Shown: in pieces, positions 27,524 through 38,201 of the stretch
Layout: each line of letters opens with the position of its first letter
Position numbering within the stretch: the stretch's first letter is position 1
DNA from: Verrucomicrobiia bacterium
GTDB lineage: Bacteria > Verrucomicrobiota > Verrucomicrobiia > Limisphaerales > UBA1319
Length of the DNA: 64,000 bases
Assembly (NCBI GenBank): GCA_963664225.1
Contig: OY760937.1
Coordinates: 1,664,001 to 1,728,000, forward strand
Reading direction: 5' to 3'
Notes under the pieces: model-generated
The model's database searches: none
The model's input: only the letters and a program-made list of their open reading frames with translations
What the model was told of the DNA's origin: nothing
Made by a program: the position numbers and the translations under genes

Positions 27524-28663
27524 ATGAATTGGTTTTATCGCCACCTGATCCGTCCGGTCCTTTTTGCGCAGGATCCCGAGCATATTCACGCGTTCACCAT
27601 GCATATGCTTGGTCTGGGCAGCCGCTACAGCCTGACCATCAACGCCACGGAATCCTTCTTTGGCGCCCCTGAACTGCCCATCACCGTCTTTGGTCTGCGC
27701 TTTCCCAATCCCGTGGGCCTGGCCGCCGGAATGGATAAAACCGGCGAAGCCGTCCCCATCTGGCCCGCGATGGGCTTCGGCCATAGCGAACTGGGCGCCA
27801 TCACGTTTCAGCCCCAGCCCGGCAATCCTGCCCCGCGCATTTTTCGCATCATTCCTGACGAAGCCATCATCAACCGCATGGGCTTCAACAACGAAGGGGC
27901 GCAGGCCATGGCCGCGCGGTTGGCCCATTGGCGCTCGGCTGGTTTGTGGCCCAAGCATCCTGTGGGAATCAATCTCGGTAAAAACAAAGTCACGCCGCTC
28001 GAAAAAGCCCCGCAGGACTATGCCAACGTCCTACGCATTCTCTGGCCGCATGCCGACTTTTTCGTGGTCAATGTCAGTTCCCCCAATACCCCCAATTTGC
28101 GCCAGTTGCAGGATAAAGCCGCCCTGGCGGAGATTCTGTCTGCTCTCGCGGAAACACAGAGCGATCTTCTCAAAAATGCGGCAAATCAAAATCCGCCCCT
28201 TCAACCCAAACCCATCCTGGTCAAGGTCGCCCCTGATCTGACCTTCGAAGCTCTGGACGAAATCCTCGCTCTGGCGCAAACGCATCACGTTGCTGGCATC
28301 GTGGCTACCAATACCACCATCACGCGCCCCCCCACGCCGGACGCGGAACACGCCACGCTTTACGCGGAAACCGGTGGCTTGAGCGGCAAACCGTTGCGCG
28401 CCCGCAGCACGGAAATCGTTCGCCACCTTTACAAACAAAGCCAGGGCCGGATGCCGATCATTGGCGTCGGTGGCATATTCACCGCCGAGGATGCCTGGGA
28501 GAAAATCGCCGCAGGAGCCTCGCTGGTTCAAATCTATACGGGCATGGTGTATGAAGGACCGGCCGCCGCACGGCTGATTGTGACCGGCCTCCAGGAAATA
28601 CTGGGCGCTCACGGATTCAAGGATATTGCCCAGGCGGTCGGCTGCGAAAACCCGCTGCGGTGA
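27524..28663 (+). CDS. pyrD: Quinone-dependent dihydroorotate dehydrogenase
   Basis: NPVGLAAGMDK, INRMGFNN, NVSSPNTP, KVAPDL, GGLSG. Confidence 0.96.
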   Translation: MNWFYRHLIRPVLFAQDPEHIHAFTMHMLGLGSRYSLTINATESFFGAPELPITVFGLRFPNPVGLAAGMDKTGEAVPIWPAMGFGHSELGAITFQPQPGNPAPRIFRIIPDEAIINRMGFNNEGAQAMAARLAHWRSAGLWPKHPVGINLGKNKVTPLEKAPQDYANVLRILWPHADFFVVNVSSPNTPNLRQLQDKAALAEILSALAETQSDLLKNAANQNPPLQPKPILVKVAPDLTFEALDEILALAQTHHVAGIVATNTTITRPPTPDAEHATLYAETGGLSGKPLRARSTEIVRHLYKQSQGRMPIIGVGGIFTAEDAWEKIAAGASLVQIYTGMVYEGPAAARLIVTGLQEILGAHGFKDIAQAVGCENPLR

Positions 28664-28722
28664 TTTGACTGGTGGTTGTCGCGCGTCATGAAATCCATTT
28701 TGCAGAGTTACCCGTCTTATCC

Positions 28723-30549
28723 ATGAACTTGAATCCGCTCCGCGATGCCACGCAGATTTCGCTGCTCCTGGCAAGCTTCCTGACCGTGCTGACGGCGCCA
28801 CTGCTTGCCGCGGCGGCTGACCTGGACTACACAGTCTCCTGGGTTGGAAACTCGTTCTCTGGCGCCAGCAACAAGTGGGTCCAAAATTTCTTCATTCACA
28901 TGAACACCGCCCCGGATGGGGCCTGCTACACATGGAGTCATTGGGACGAAGGCGGCAAAAAATTCGGGGTCTATAAGAACGGGGACGTCATCGGCAACAC
29001 GAACACCAATCCAAACAGCCTTAAGGTCAAAGACAAGGCCGGTCACACATGGCAGTTGAACGTGGAAAACGTCGAGCCAAAGTTCAACGAGTTTGAATTT
29101 GTTCCCAAAAACATCACCTGCGACGGCGCGGAAATACATTTTCCCGAACTATACCAGCCCACGGCCCTGGCCCTGGACAATGACGGCGCTCTCATGGTTG
29201 CCGATTCCCTGACCGGTCCGCGCCAGCAAGTCCTCTTCTATGACATTACCGATTCCGCCCACCCCAAACTCATCAAAGCTTTCGGTGACTACGGCGGCAT
29301 TGCCTCGGGCAAACCGGGCATCGTCACCCCCACCAAGTTCTGGGGCATTCGCGGCATCGGCATGGACGCTGCGGGGAATATTTACGTGGCAATGAGCGAA
29401 ATGGGGACCGTTCTGCGAGCATTCGATCCGGATGGCAAACTTCTATGGGAGCTTTACGGGCACTTCTTTGTGGACCTGGCCTGTCCCGATCCCTCAACCG
29501 ATGGTCGCGATGTTTGGGGCATTCAGGAACACTACACGATGGATTACTCCCAAATCCCCAGCCCCGGCACGAAGCCTCAACCGAGAATTAGTCCAACCTT
29601 CGACGGCAGATTTCACAATCCTCCGGGCGTTCAATGGACCGGTTACTCGTTGGATCGCCACAAATATCCGAATGACCCTCGCGGCCTGATGCACGTAAAG
29701 CAACAGGGCGAACATGGCCTGACCTCGCCACAGATTGTCTATCTCAACGGGCGGCGATTCATGTTCGTCGGCGGCATGTTTGCCAGTAACTTTATCAACA
29801 TCTTCCGTTTTGAGGATGAAATCGCCATTCCCGCCGGCCTGATCATGCAATGGGAAAATGCCATATATCGCACGGATCAACCCTGGCCTCCCAACAAGCC
29901 CAAAGGAACATTCATCTGGCGCGACCAAAATGGTGATGGCGATTATCAGCCTGAAGAGTTCTCCGCAAACACCTCGCGTATTCGTCCCGGACCGTTCTGG
30001 GTGGATAAATCGGGCAATATCTGGATGGCTTATGGCTTTTTTCGCTATGATCTTCAAGGGCTGGACGCCATGGGCAATCCCATTTACAAAGCCGATAAGA
30101 TCACGATCATGGATCCCCCCAATGGCGTTCAGAAGATCGCGCGTGTCTGGTACGACGTGGAAACCGATACACTTCTTGTGGCGGACGAAGGCAGTGACAT
30201 GCGCCACATTAACCGGGTGTTCATCTGCAAAAAATACCTCGCCGGAAACCGCGACACTGTTTCATTTGTTTCCAGTGCGGGCTCTGAGGCGGAATGCGTT
30301 ACTGCCGCAGGCGATTACGTCTTCACAGGCGGATGGAAGGAGCGCGGCCGCATTTGGGTTAACCGCCTCAGCGACGGGGCTCCCGTCGGAGTCTTCGACC
30401 CGGGCCCAACCGTTGGCGGCGTCGAGAATACCGGATGGATTGATATTCTGACTGGCATCTCCGCCTTCAAACGCGCCAATGGCGAATACCTGGTTTTTGT
30501 CGAAGAAGATTACAAGGCCAAGGCCCTGCTCTATCGATGGAAACCTTAG
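28723..30549 (+). CDS. Secreted NHL-like beta-propeller protein, function unknown
   Basis: Signal peptide; repeats such as GIGMDAAGNIYVA; DQNGDG loop. Confidence 0.7.
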   Translation: MNLNPLRDATQISLLLASFLTVLTAPLLAAAADLDYTVSWVGNSFSGASNKWVQNFFIHMNTAPDGACYTWSHWDEGGKKFGVYKNGDVIGNTNTNPNSLKVKDKAGHTWQLNVENVEPKFNEFEFVPKNITCDGAEIHFPELYQPTALALDNDGALMVADSLTGPRQQVLFYDITDSAHPKLIKAFGDYGGIASGKPGIVTPTKFWGIRGIGMDAAGNIYVAMSEMGTVLRAFDPDGKLLWELYGHFFVDLACPDPSTDGRDVWGIQEHYTMDYSQIPSPGTKPQPRISPTFDGRFHNPPGVQWTGYSLDRHKYPNDPRGLMHVKQQGEHGLTSPQIVYLNGRRFMFVGGMFASNFINIFRFEDEIAIPAGLIMQWENAIYRTDQPWPPNKPKGTFIWRDQNGDGDYQPEEFSANTSRIRPGPFWVDKSGNIWMAYGFFRYDLQGLDAMGNPIYKADKITIMDPPNGVQKIARVWYDVETDTLLVADEGSDMRHINRVFICKKYLAGNRDTVSFVSSAGSEAECVTAAGDYVFTGGWKERGRIWVNRLSDGAPVGVFDPGPTVGGVENTGWIDILTGISAFKRANGEYLVFVEEDYKAKALLYRWKP

Positions 30550-30611
30550 TCCCGGTGATTGCAGAGTTTCAATCCGCTCGCCCCGGGAATGCGCGCGGTT
30601 AATCCCATCCC

Positions 30612-32654
30612 CTACCAAACACGGATCAGGGCGGCGCCATGGCGACGTATGGCGATTTCATATCCATCAGCCATTTTGCCCAGGTCTTTCTGACTCCATA
30701 AGTCCCGGACCTTGTGACCGCCGGACAATCCCAGGTCGCTCCATTTGACCGTGACCGTGGCTTCTTCATCCCCGCGGTTAAACAGGCCCACAGCCATGGA
30801 GCCATCCTCCATTTTCTTGGCCCAGACTTCGGACGATCCATTTTTCACGTAACGTTTGGCGGCATTGCCGAGCGGGTCTTGATTGACTTCGAGAACGTCA
30901 TCGTTGGTCAGCAAATTGAGCGTGAAGGGATCGAGCTGGGTCATATCGCAACCAATCAACAATGGCGAACAGGCAAGACTCCACAAGGTGATATGCGTGT
31001 ACTGTTCGCTGGGCGTCAGCCGGCTGGGACGCAGTTGAGGTCCCCACCCCACCTTGCCCACCACCAGCATGTCCGGATCGTTCCAGTTGCCTGGTTTTAC
31101 ATACTTGTAAAGTTCCGTTTGTGCAAAACCGATTCCCGACATGCTACCCCAGGTATCGACAATATCCCCGGTGGTGCGCCAGCAATTCCCGCCCACGCGA
31201 CCGCCCCATTGCGAAACGTCGCCCATGCCATACTGGCAGAGGCTGAATACGATATCACGCCCCGCCTTGTCCAGGGCCGACCTCATCACGGCGTAAGGCG
31301 TGATCAAATCCTGTCGTTTCTGGAACTCGGGAGCAGACCAGGCATTGGTCCATACCCCAATGCCAATGGCCCGGGTGCGGGTCGCTTCCAATTTGGGATC
31401 ATATGAACACCAATCGTATTTCAAATAATCAATGCCCCAATCCGCATAACTCTGGGCATCGAGGTATTCATGATCAAAGCTTGCCAGACATCCCCCGCAG
31501 GTGGTTGGGCCGGGCGATGAATAAATGCCAATGCGAAGACCAAGACCATGGACATAGTCCGCGAGGCCCTTCATGTCGGGAAACCTGGGATTGGGAACAA
31601 TCTTTCCGTCTGCATCCCGGCCCGGCCCTCCCAAAGACGGGTCGTTTGAGCCTTCGTTCTTCTCCCAGAAATCATCGATGTTAATATAGGTCCAGCCATG
31701 ATCGGCCAGGCCGCTGGCCACCATCGCATTCGCAGCCGCTTTCACCTTGTCCGCAGACACAGCGCCGGCAAAGCAATTCCAACTGTTCCAACCCAGCGGA
31801 GGAGTCAGGGCAATCTGGTCGCCACAAACTATTTTTAAAGAGCGTTTCGCCGATCCCTGGCTGTTCCTGGCGGTCAACTTCACAACATACGAACCCGCTT
31901 TATCGACTTTGCCCGAGATGATTCCTGACTTCGCATCGAACACAAGCCCCTTGGGCAATCCCCCGACTTTGAACGTCATCGGACGCTCCCCTGTGGCCGG
32001 GATTCTGAAAAGAAATGGATGTCCGGGCCTGCAGCCCAAGACTCGCGCGCCGTTAATCCTGGGAGCACTGGAAACTTTGGGTGTCAGAATATACGGCTCC
32101 TCCTTCGGAATCTCGAGCACAGACGGACGCTCGCCCTCATATACAAACTTGGCGTCTCCCCAATCCGCATGGTCATCGGTATTCCCATCACCTGCGTCCC
32201 CTACAAGCAATACCAGTTTCTTAAGTCCGGTCAGGTTAACGTCCGCCGCCTTTGCCTCCATGTCAGCCTTCATGACGCCGCTGTTCCAAAGCATTTTGCC
32301 ATCCCCAACCAACCGAAATTCAATACTCGCCCTGGAACTGCCTCTCTTTTCGTCATCGACGCCAACCTTTGCAGTGAATCGTGTCGCGGCCCCTTTTAAA
32401 TCAATTCTCAAAATGCTCCCCGCATGAGTCCCAAAGCCGTGATCGAACTTTTTCCCTGCCACAAATAGCGGCTGCCCATCCACGGATTTATTGACTCCAG
32501 GGCTGCCAAATTCCTGCTCGGCCTGCGACAAATCCAGTTCATCCAACCATTGCGTCGCCGCCAACCCCGTAAAGCAGCCCGCGCATAAAAGCGCTGTCGC
32601 CATGGTCCGCGCCAAACGCCCGGAATAATGAGTCAATCGATTCGGGATATTCAT
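30612..32654 (-). CDS. Alpha-galactosidase GH27 with NPCBM/NEW2 and Ig-like domains
   Basis: TPPLGWNSWN, INIDDFW, DYLKYDWC, WRTTGDI, WNDPDML; N-terminal GFGTHA...DHADWGDA. Confidence 0.93.
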   Translation of the reverse strand: MNIPNRLTHYSGRLARTMATALLCAGCFTGLAATQWLDELDLSQAEQEFGSPGVNKSVDGQPLFVAGKKFDHGFGTHAGSILRIDLKGAATRFTAKVGVDDEKRGSSRASIEFRLVGDGKMLWNSGVMKADMEAKAADVNLTGLKKLVLLVGDAGDGNTDDHADWGDAKFVYEGERPSVLEIPKEEPYILTPKVSSAPRINGARVLGCRPGHPFLFRIPATGERPMTFKVGGLPKGLVFDAKSGIISGKVDKAGSYVVKLTARNSQGSAKRSLKIVCGDQIALTPPLGWNSWNCFAGAVSADKVKAAANAMVASGLADHGWTYINIDDFWEKNEGSNDPSLGGPGRDADGKIVPNPRFPDMKGLADYVHGLGLRIGIYSSPGPTTCGGCLASFDHEYLDAQSYADWGIDYLKYDWCSYDPKLEATRTRAIGIGVWTNAWSAPEFQKRQDLITPYAVMRSALDKAGRDIVFSLCQYGMGDVSQWGGRVGGNCWRTTGDIVDTWGSMSGIGFAQTELYKYVKPGNWNDPDMLVVGKVGWGPQLRPSRLTPSEQYTHITLWSLACSPLLIGCDMTQLDPFTLNLLTNDDVLEVNQDPLGNAAKRYVKNGSSEVWAKKMEDGSMAVGLFNRGDEEATVTVKWSDLGLSGGHKVRDLWSQKDLGKMADGYEIAIRRHGAALIRVW

Positions 32655-32830
32655 GGCACGACATTTAAACGTTCAGGCTTCCTTGTCGAGATGGAAAGCA
32701 TCTTAAATGGAGGCCTCGCCAAAAGGACCCTTGATGAAGTCCGTCACACTGCGCCCGCGCCAACCTGCGCTGTTACTCACCCCTCATCGGGAAAACCCTC
32801 ATGTCCTCCCACAATAACAGTCGACCGATT

Positions 32831-33919
32831 TTAATACTCCTCTTGCGGATTCGGCGCGCCAGTCCACGAGACATTATCGATCTGAATGTATTTCTCGTCA
32901 CTGATCCCCAGCTCAAGCAATGCCGCATTATGAAAAAGGTCCATGCTGAATTTGGGTGAAGTTATTTTGGCGGCCGCCCGACGCCTCTTGAGTTCCTCCA
33001 ATGACAGAACATCCAGTGCCACAGGGTCCGTGCCCAGCCGCAATTGATTCAGCAAAACCGAGTATTGTAGCAGACCGCTCATTTCCCCTTCATACTGGCA
33101 CATCAGGGCATCGACAATATTGAGCACCACCTTATCCCCCACCTCAGGCAGCGCGTAAATCTCCGGTATCGCCGAAGCCAGCCGCTCGGAATCCTCAAAG
33201 CGGCGGGTGTTATCCACACTGCCCATGGCCATACTAAACAGGTTGCCAGTGACCCCTGCCTTGTAATGATTCAGCAAGGGCGGGATATTGATGATTTTGG
33301 TCAACCGGTGAGTCAACAACTTGCTCACATAGGATTTGCGCCCCACTCCCTCCCCCTTGCGCTGGAATTCCAAATCGCCAAAATACAACTGTCCTAACAA
33401 CGCGGTCTCGTAGAATACCTTTTCATCCCAACCTTCATCCTCCGCCCCCGCCACGCCAACCCCGTGACGCGCCGCAATACCCGCCATCCCGGTTTGCTGG
33501 AGTTGGGCCAGATGCTTGTCCCAAACCACAATATTCTCCGGCGGCACACCCGCGTTAAGAAGCCGGCCGATCACCGCCGCAACGACTGCCGGGCGCGTTC
33601 CCGCCCATATCCCAGGAGCGCAATAGACCTTTAGCCCGACCACATCCTTGGGGCTGAGATATTTGCGCCATGCCTCCACCGCATTCGTCGTTCCGGCCAA
33701 CCGCGCCATTCCCCGATCCAACATCTCCTCGATCGTCGGCGTCTGCGGCGCCAGATCGATCGTGGCACGTCCGTCCTGCACAATCACCACCCGCGCTTTT
33801 TTGACCTCTGGAGCCGGAGACAATAAGGGGCCTGTGGACATCCCTTGGGCTTGAAGCGCCAGAGGATGGCCAAAACACAGACTCCACAAAAACAAATGGA
33901 ACAAAACTGAGTGTTTCAC
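32831..33919 (-). CDS. DUF362-domain protein, exported
   Basis: DVVGLKV, IINIP.L..H..AGVTG.L, DPVALD. Confidence 0.8.
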   Translation of the reverse strand: MKHSVLFHLFLWSLCFGHPLALQAQGMSTGPLLSPAPEVKKARVVIVQDGRATIDLAPQTPTIEEMLDRGMARLAGTTNAVEAWRKYLSPKDVVGLKVYCAPGIWAGTRPAVVAAVIGRLLNAGVPPENIVVWDKHLAQLQQTGMAGIAARHGVGVAGAEDEGWDEKVFYETALLGQLYFGDLEFQRKGEGVGRKSYVSKLLTHRLTKIINIPPLLNHYKAGVTGNLFSMAMGSVDNTRRFEDSERLASAIPEIYALPEVGDKVVLNIVDALMCQYEGEMSGLLQYSVLLNQLRLGTDPVALDVLSLEELKRRRAAAKITSPKFSMDLFHNAALLELGISDEKYIQIDNVSWTGAPNPQEEY

Positions 33920-34068
33920 TTAAAACTCGAAATCTCTTCGAGAACCGCCGTTCTTAACGCCAATGACTTTCCGCCGCAAGCCAAAGTTCGCCAAAGTGAA
34001 CCGCCTCAAAACCCCCTGCAATTAAGCCGTCCTCGACGAATCATCCATTCGAACGTATTCTCCCCATC

Positions 34069-34377
34069 ATGCGACCCGTGAATGTTCAGGTGATCGGAGA
34101 GGAATTGGCCGTCAAGTGGGACGATGGTGGCGAGAGCTTTATCCGCCTGGAAGCCCTGCGCCGATATTGTCCCTGCGCGGGCTGCCAGGGCGAAGTGGAT
34201 GTCATGGGCCAATTGCACAAAGGTCCGCCCGTCAAACTCTCTCCGGCCTCCTTTCAGGTCAAATCCATCGCGACTGTCGGCAGTTACGCCCTGCAACCCG
34301 TCTGGACGGATGGACATGCCACCGGCCTTTACAGCTTCGAGTACCTGCGCAAAATCGCCGCAGGACCGCAAATCTGA
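34069..34377 (+). CDS. DUF971/GBBH-N-like protein
   Basis: LRRYCPCAGC, VGSYALQ..W.DGH.TG.YS..YL. Confidence 0.9.
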   Translation: MRPVNVQVIGEELAVKWDDGGESFIRLEALRRYCPCAGCQGEVDVMGQLHKGPPVKLSPASFQVKSIATVGSYALQPVWTDGHATGLYSFEYLRKIAAGPQI

Positions 34378-34390
34378 TCCAAGACCGCGC

Positions 34391-34948
34391 GTGAAAAGCA
34401 TTTGTGTTTATTGTGGATCGAGCACCGGGCTGAGTCCCTCGTACACCCAGGCCGCCGCTGAATGCGGACGCGCCCTGGCTGCCCGGGATATCACCCTGGT
34501 CTTTGGCGGCGGCAACATCGGCCTGATGGGCGTGCTGGCGGACGCCGCCCTGGCTGCGGGAGGTCACGTCATTGGTGTTATTCCCCATGCGCTCGTCCGT
34601 CGTGAACTCGCACATCGCGGCCTGACCCAATTGATCACCGTCAGCTCCATGCACGAAAGAAAACAAAAAATGGCCGATCTCTCGGATGCCTTCATGGCCC
34701 TGCCCGGCGGAATTGGAACCATGGACGAACTCTTCGAAATCCTCACCTGGCTGCAATTGGGCATACATTCCAAGCCGGTGGGACTGCTCAATACTTCGGG
34801 TTTTTACGCACGGCTTTTGGATTTTCTGAGTCACATGCACGACGAACAATTCCTCCGAAACGGCCAGTTGGATCTGCTGCTCGTTGATGACGATTTGGAA
34901 CTCCTGCTCGACAAGATGGCTGAATATGTTCCGAACCACATAAAATAG
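34391..34948 (+). CDS. LOG-family nucleotide monophosphate nucleosidase (TIGR00730)
   Basis: ICVYCGS, GGG..GLMG, MHERK, PGGIGTMDE. GTG start at 34391. Confidence 0.92.
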   Translation: MKSICVYCGSSTGLSPSYTQAAAECGRALAARDITLVFGGGNIGLMGVLADAALAAGGHVIGVIPHALVRRELAHRGLTQLITVSSMHERKQKMADLSDAFMALPGGIGTMDELFEILTWLQLGIHSKPVGLLNTSGFYARLLDFLSHMHDEQFLRNGQLDLLLVDDDLELLLDKMAEYVPNHIK

Positions 34949-35038
34949 TCCCTGGAAAACCTGCAAATTGAGAGTTTCGGCCTTTGGGAGCCAGGTATTG
35001 CATGACATGGGGCGTTTAATTACTTTTTCAAAATACTT

Positions 35039-35908
35039 ATGAACACACCGCGCATTGCCATCATTGGAGGAACCGGCCTGTATGAAATCGAATCCCTCGA
35101 TCACCGCAAATGGGTGACTGTCAAAACCCCTTTTGGTCCCCCTTCCGATCAATTGCTGACAGGTGAACTGGCGGGACGCCCTGTCGTATTCCTACCCCGT
35201 CACGGGCGCGGACATCGCCTGCTCCCCTCCGAATTAAACCACCGCGCCAACATTTACGCCCTGAAAACCCTCGACGTCGCCTGGATCATCAGCGTCAGCG
35301 CCGTCGGTTCGCTCCAGCAAAAATACCATCCCTGCGATATCGTGTTTCCCGACCAATTCGTGGACCGCACGAAAAAAGCCCTCGAACACACCTTTTTCGG
35401 ACAGGGCATTGTGGCGCATATCTCCTTCGCCCATCCCATCTGCGAGGAACTCCGAAGCCTGCTCATGGATTGCGCCCGCTCCGTTGGCTCCAAAATCCAC
35501 AATGGCGGCGCTTATGTGAATATGGAAGGTCCGGCCTTCAGCACACGCGCCGAATCCCTGCTCAACCAGAAAGCCGGACTCGACGTCATCGGCATGACCA
35601 ACCTGGGCGAAGCCAAATGCGCCCGCGAAGCCGAGATCGCCTATGCGACCATGGCCATGGTTACCGATTACGATTGCTGGAAAGATGACGGCGAGCATGT
35701 CACCATCGAAATGGTGGTCCGCAACCTGCAAAAGAATGCCGAGCAAGCCAAACGCATCATCTCACTGGCGATACCCCGGCTTCCTGAAAAAACCGGCTGC
35801 AGTTGCCATTCCACGCTCCAAACCGCCATTCTGACCGATAAGAAACTCTGGCCCGCAAAGACAAAGGCCCGCATCAAGGCGATCCTCAAGCGGGTCTGCA
35901 ACAGTTGA
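35039..35908 (+). CDS. mtnP: S-methyl-5'-thioadenosine phosphorylase
   Basis: IIGGTG, TPFG.PS, RHG.GH, EGPAFSTRAES, VTDYDCW. Confidence 0.93.
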   Translation: MNTPRIAIIGGTGLYEIESLDHRKWVTVKTPFGPPSDQLLTGELAGRPVVFLPRHGRGHRLLPSELNHRANIYALKTLDVAWIISVSAVGSLQQKYHPCDIVFPDQFVDRTKKALEHTFFGQGIVAHISFAHPICEELRSLLMDCARSVGSKIHNGGAYVNMEGPAFSTRAESLLNQKAGLDVIGMTNLGEAKCAREAEIAYATMAMVTDYDCWKDDGEHVTIEMVVRNLQKNAEQAKRIISLAIPRLPEKTGCSCHSTLQTAILTDKKLWPAKTKARIKAILKRVCNS

Positions 35909-35920
35909 GTCGAAAACAAT

Positions 35921-35961
35921 CCGGGCCGGATGCGTGGAATCTTCCATGCGAACCGGCCCGG
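35921..35961. terminator. GC-rich hairpin between convergent mtnP and wzc
   Basis: CCGGGCCGG..GCGTGGAA-tc-TTCCATGC..CCGGCCCGG. Confidence 0.55.
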
Positions 35962-35997
35962 TGAATTGGCCCGTCAATTATTCCAGTTTCGACTCGC

Positions 35998-38169
35998 TCA
36001 GGACTTGGCGACTGGCTCGCTCTGGCCCTTTTCGGTCTTCCCATCGCCCTTGCCATTCTCGCTCTTGCCCTCGTTCTTGTAATGGCTCGCGTAATAGCGG
36101 TTCTGATAATAGTAATAGGAGTAGTAGGAAGAGTCCCGGCCCTCGAAATCGATGTCGTTGAGCGCAATGCCCAATATCCGGATGCCCGCGTCCTGAATAC
36201 GCTGCAGCGAGCGCCGGGCGTGTTCACGACGGATCTTATTGAACTTCGTTACAAAGACCACGCCATCGGACATCGCCGCCAGAATCAGCGGATCGCTGAC
36301 TGCGGATACCGGCGGGCAATCCAGGAAAACCCGATCGTATCGGTTCATTGCCTCCACGAGAAACTGCTGCATCCGTTTGGAACCCGATAACTCCGATGGA
36401 TTCGATGGAATCGCGCCGGCGCATACCACATCGAGATTGGGCACCTCGGTCGTATGGATAATGTCCTCCATCCTGGAAACGCTCCCATCCAGATAGCCGG
36501 AAAGTCCCACCGGGCTGTGCAATTGAAATGCTTTATGCACCGAGGGACGTCGCAAGTCCGCATCCACCAGCAAAGTCTTCAGTCCGGTTTGCGCCGTGAC
36601 AATGGCCAGATTCGATGCCAGCAGGGATTTGCCCTCCGATGGAATCGTGCTGGTCACCGAGAGCACCCGATACTGTTCCGCTTTGGGCATGAGCGCGATC
36701 GCGGCGCGAATCGTCCGGAATCCTTCCGCCGATGTGGATTGCGGATGCAAATGCGCCTGCAAATCGCGTTCGATGACGCTGTTGGATTTGATGTTCGAGA
36801 CGTAGCCCAGGAACGGAACCCTCAGATAGGTCTCCACATCCTCCTGTGTCTTGATCGAATCATCCATGTAATTCACGAAAAAGGCCAGACCACAGGCTGC
36901 CGCCAGCCCGCAAAACACACCTAATCCGAGTGTCAAGGCAACACGCGGCTTGACCGGGTTGAGCGGAGTCACTGCAGGATCGACCACGCTCATGTTGTTG
37001 ATCTTGCTGTTGGCCGCGATCTCCATCTGTTTCTGGCTCTTGATGACATCCATGAACAACTGGGTCTGAATCTGCGCCTCGCGGCTCAATGCGTCGTAGG
37101 CGATGCGCTGCTTGCCCATATCCAGTTGTTTTTGCTCCAGCTCATCCACGTACTTTTTCAACGAGGACTCCTCGGCTTTGGCCAGCGTCGCCGCCTTGCT
37201 GGTCGAATCGACAATGTTGGACGCCTGCTCCCGCAGCGATTTGCGCAGCGACTCGATCCCCTCGCGCATCTGCACCACAGTCGGGTATTTGTCCTTGTAG
37301 CGTTTGAGCATATTGGCCAGGTCCGCCTCTTGAATCGCCAGTTTGGCCTTCATTTGCTGAATCAACGGATCATTGGCCACCAGCGGAATCGACTCTATCG
37401 GAGTGCCGCTCTTGGCCATTGCCCGCATCTCCTCATCCAGCCGTTGCGCCATTTTCGACCGGGTCTGGGATTGAACGAAAACTTCCTGGGCCAGTTTCAA
37501 TCCCTGCAGCGTGATATTCTCGCGCTCTTCCAACGAGATATTATTGAGCCGCTCCTTGTACGTCTGAAGCGCCGCCTCAGCCTCCTCCACTTTGCGCTTC
37601 TGCGAATTGGACTCCGTCTTCAGCCATTCCTCCGCGTCGGTGGAGGCCTTCTTCTTCCGGTCCAGATTCGCGTTGATAAATTGCGCGGCAAGGGTGTTGG
37701 CGATCAACTCCGCCTTTGCCGGTTCGGTATGGTAAACACTGATGTCCACCAATCGGCTCATGCGGATCGGAGTCACGATCACATCCTGATTCAACGCCCC
37801 AACCACATCCATTCGCTTGGCGTAACGCGGATCCTCGTTCAGTTTTAGCTTGGCGACAACCGTCTGGAGCAGCACGCGGTTCTTGATATTCTTGTACTGA
37901 GTCTGCAGGTAGTCCTGCTCCCGGGAATCCACCGTGATGAAATCGCGCATGTTAAGCGGATTATCCGATTCCTTATCGATTTGCAGCCGCGCTGTCGCCT
38001 GGTAAATCCGCGGCGCTTTGACGAGGTAGAACATGCAGAGCACGAACACGGAAATGAAGGCCGTCACCACCAGCCATCGGCGTTCCAGAATGACATGCCA
38101 ATAATGGCGTATATTTGCGTTATCCTCCGTCGGCGCTGGAGCCTTCCGGGATTGCGTGGTCGCTTGCAT
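35998..38169 (-). CDS. wzc: Polysaccharide co-polymerase/tyrosine autokinase (Wzc)
   Basis: Wzz-like N-terminus, coiled coil, PSEGKS, LLVDADLRRP, DCPP, C-terminal Tyr cluster. Confidence 0.93.
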   Translation of the reverse strand: MQATTQSRKAPAPTEDNANIRHYWHVILERRWLVVTAFISVFVLCMFYLVKAPRIYQATARLQIDKESDNPLNMRDFITVDSREQDYLQTQYKNIKNRVLLQTVVAKLKLNEDPRYAKRMDVVGALNQDVIVTPIRMSRLVDISVYHTEPAKAELIANTLAAQFINANLDRKKKASTDAEEWLKTESNSQKRKVEEAEAALQTYKERLNNISLEERENITLQGLKLAQEVFVQSQTRSKMAQRLDEEMRAMAKSGTPIESIPLVANDPLIQQMKAKLAIQEADLANMLKRYKDKYPTVVQMREGIESLRKSLREQASNIVDSTSKAATLAKAEESSLKKYVDELEQKQLDMGKQRIAYDALSREAQIQTQLFMDVIKSQKQMEIAANSKINNMSVVDPAVTPLNPVKPRVALTLGLGVFCGLAAACGLAFFVNYMDDSIKTQEDVETYLRVPFLGYVSNIKSNSVIERDLQAHLHPQSTSAEGFRTIRAAIALMPKAEQYRVLSVTSTIPSEGKSLLASNLAIVTAQTGLKTLLVDADLRRPSVHKAFQLHSPVGLSGYLDGSVSRMEDIIHTTEVPNLDVVCAGAIPSNPSELSGSKRMQQFLVEAMNRYDRVFLDCPPVSAVSDPLILAAMSDGVVFVTKFNKIRREHARRSLQRIQDAGIRILGIALNDIDFEGRDSSYYSYYYYQNRYYASHYKNEGKSENGKGDGKTEKGQSEPVAKS

Positions 38170-38201
38170 AGTCGAACTCAAGATATTGTTGCCAGACGCT
38201 A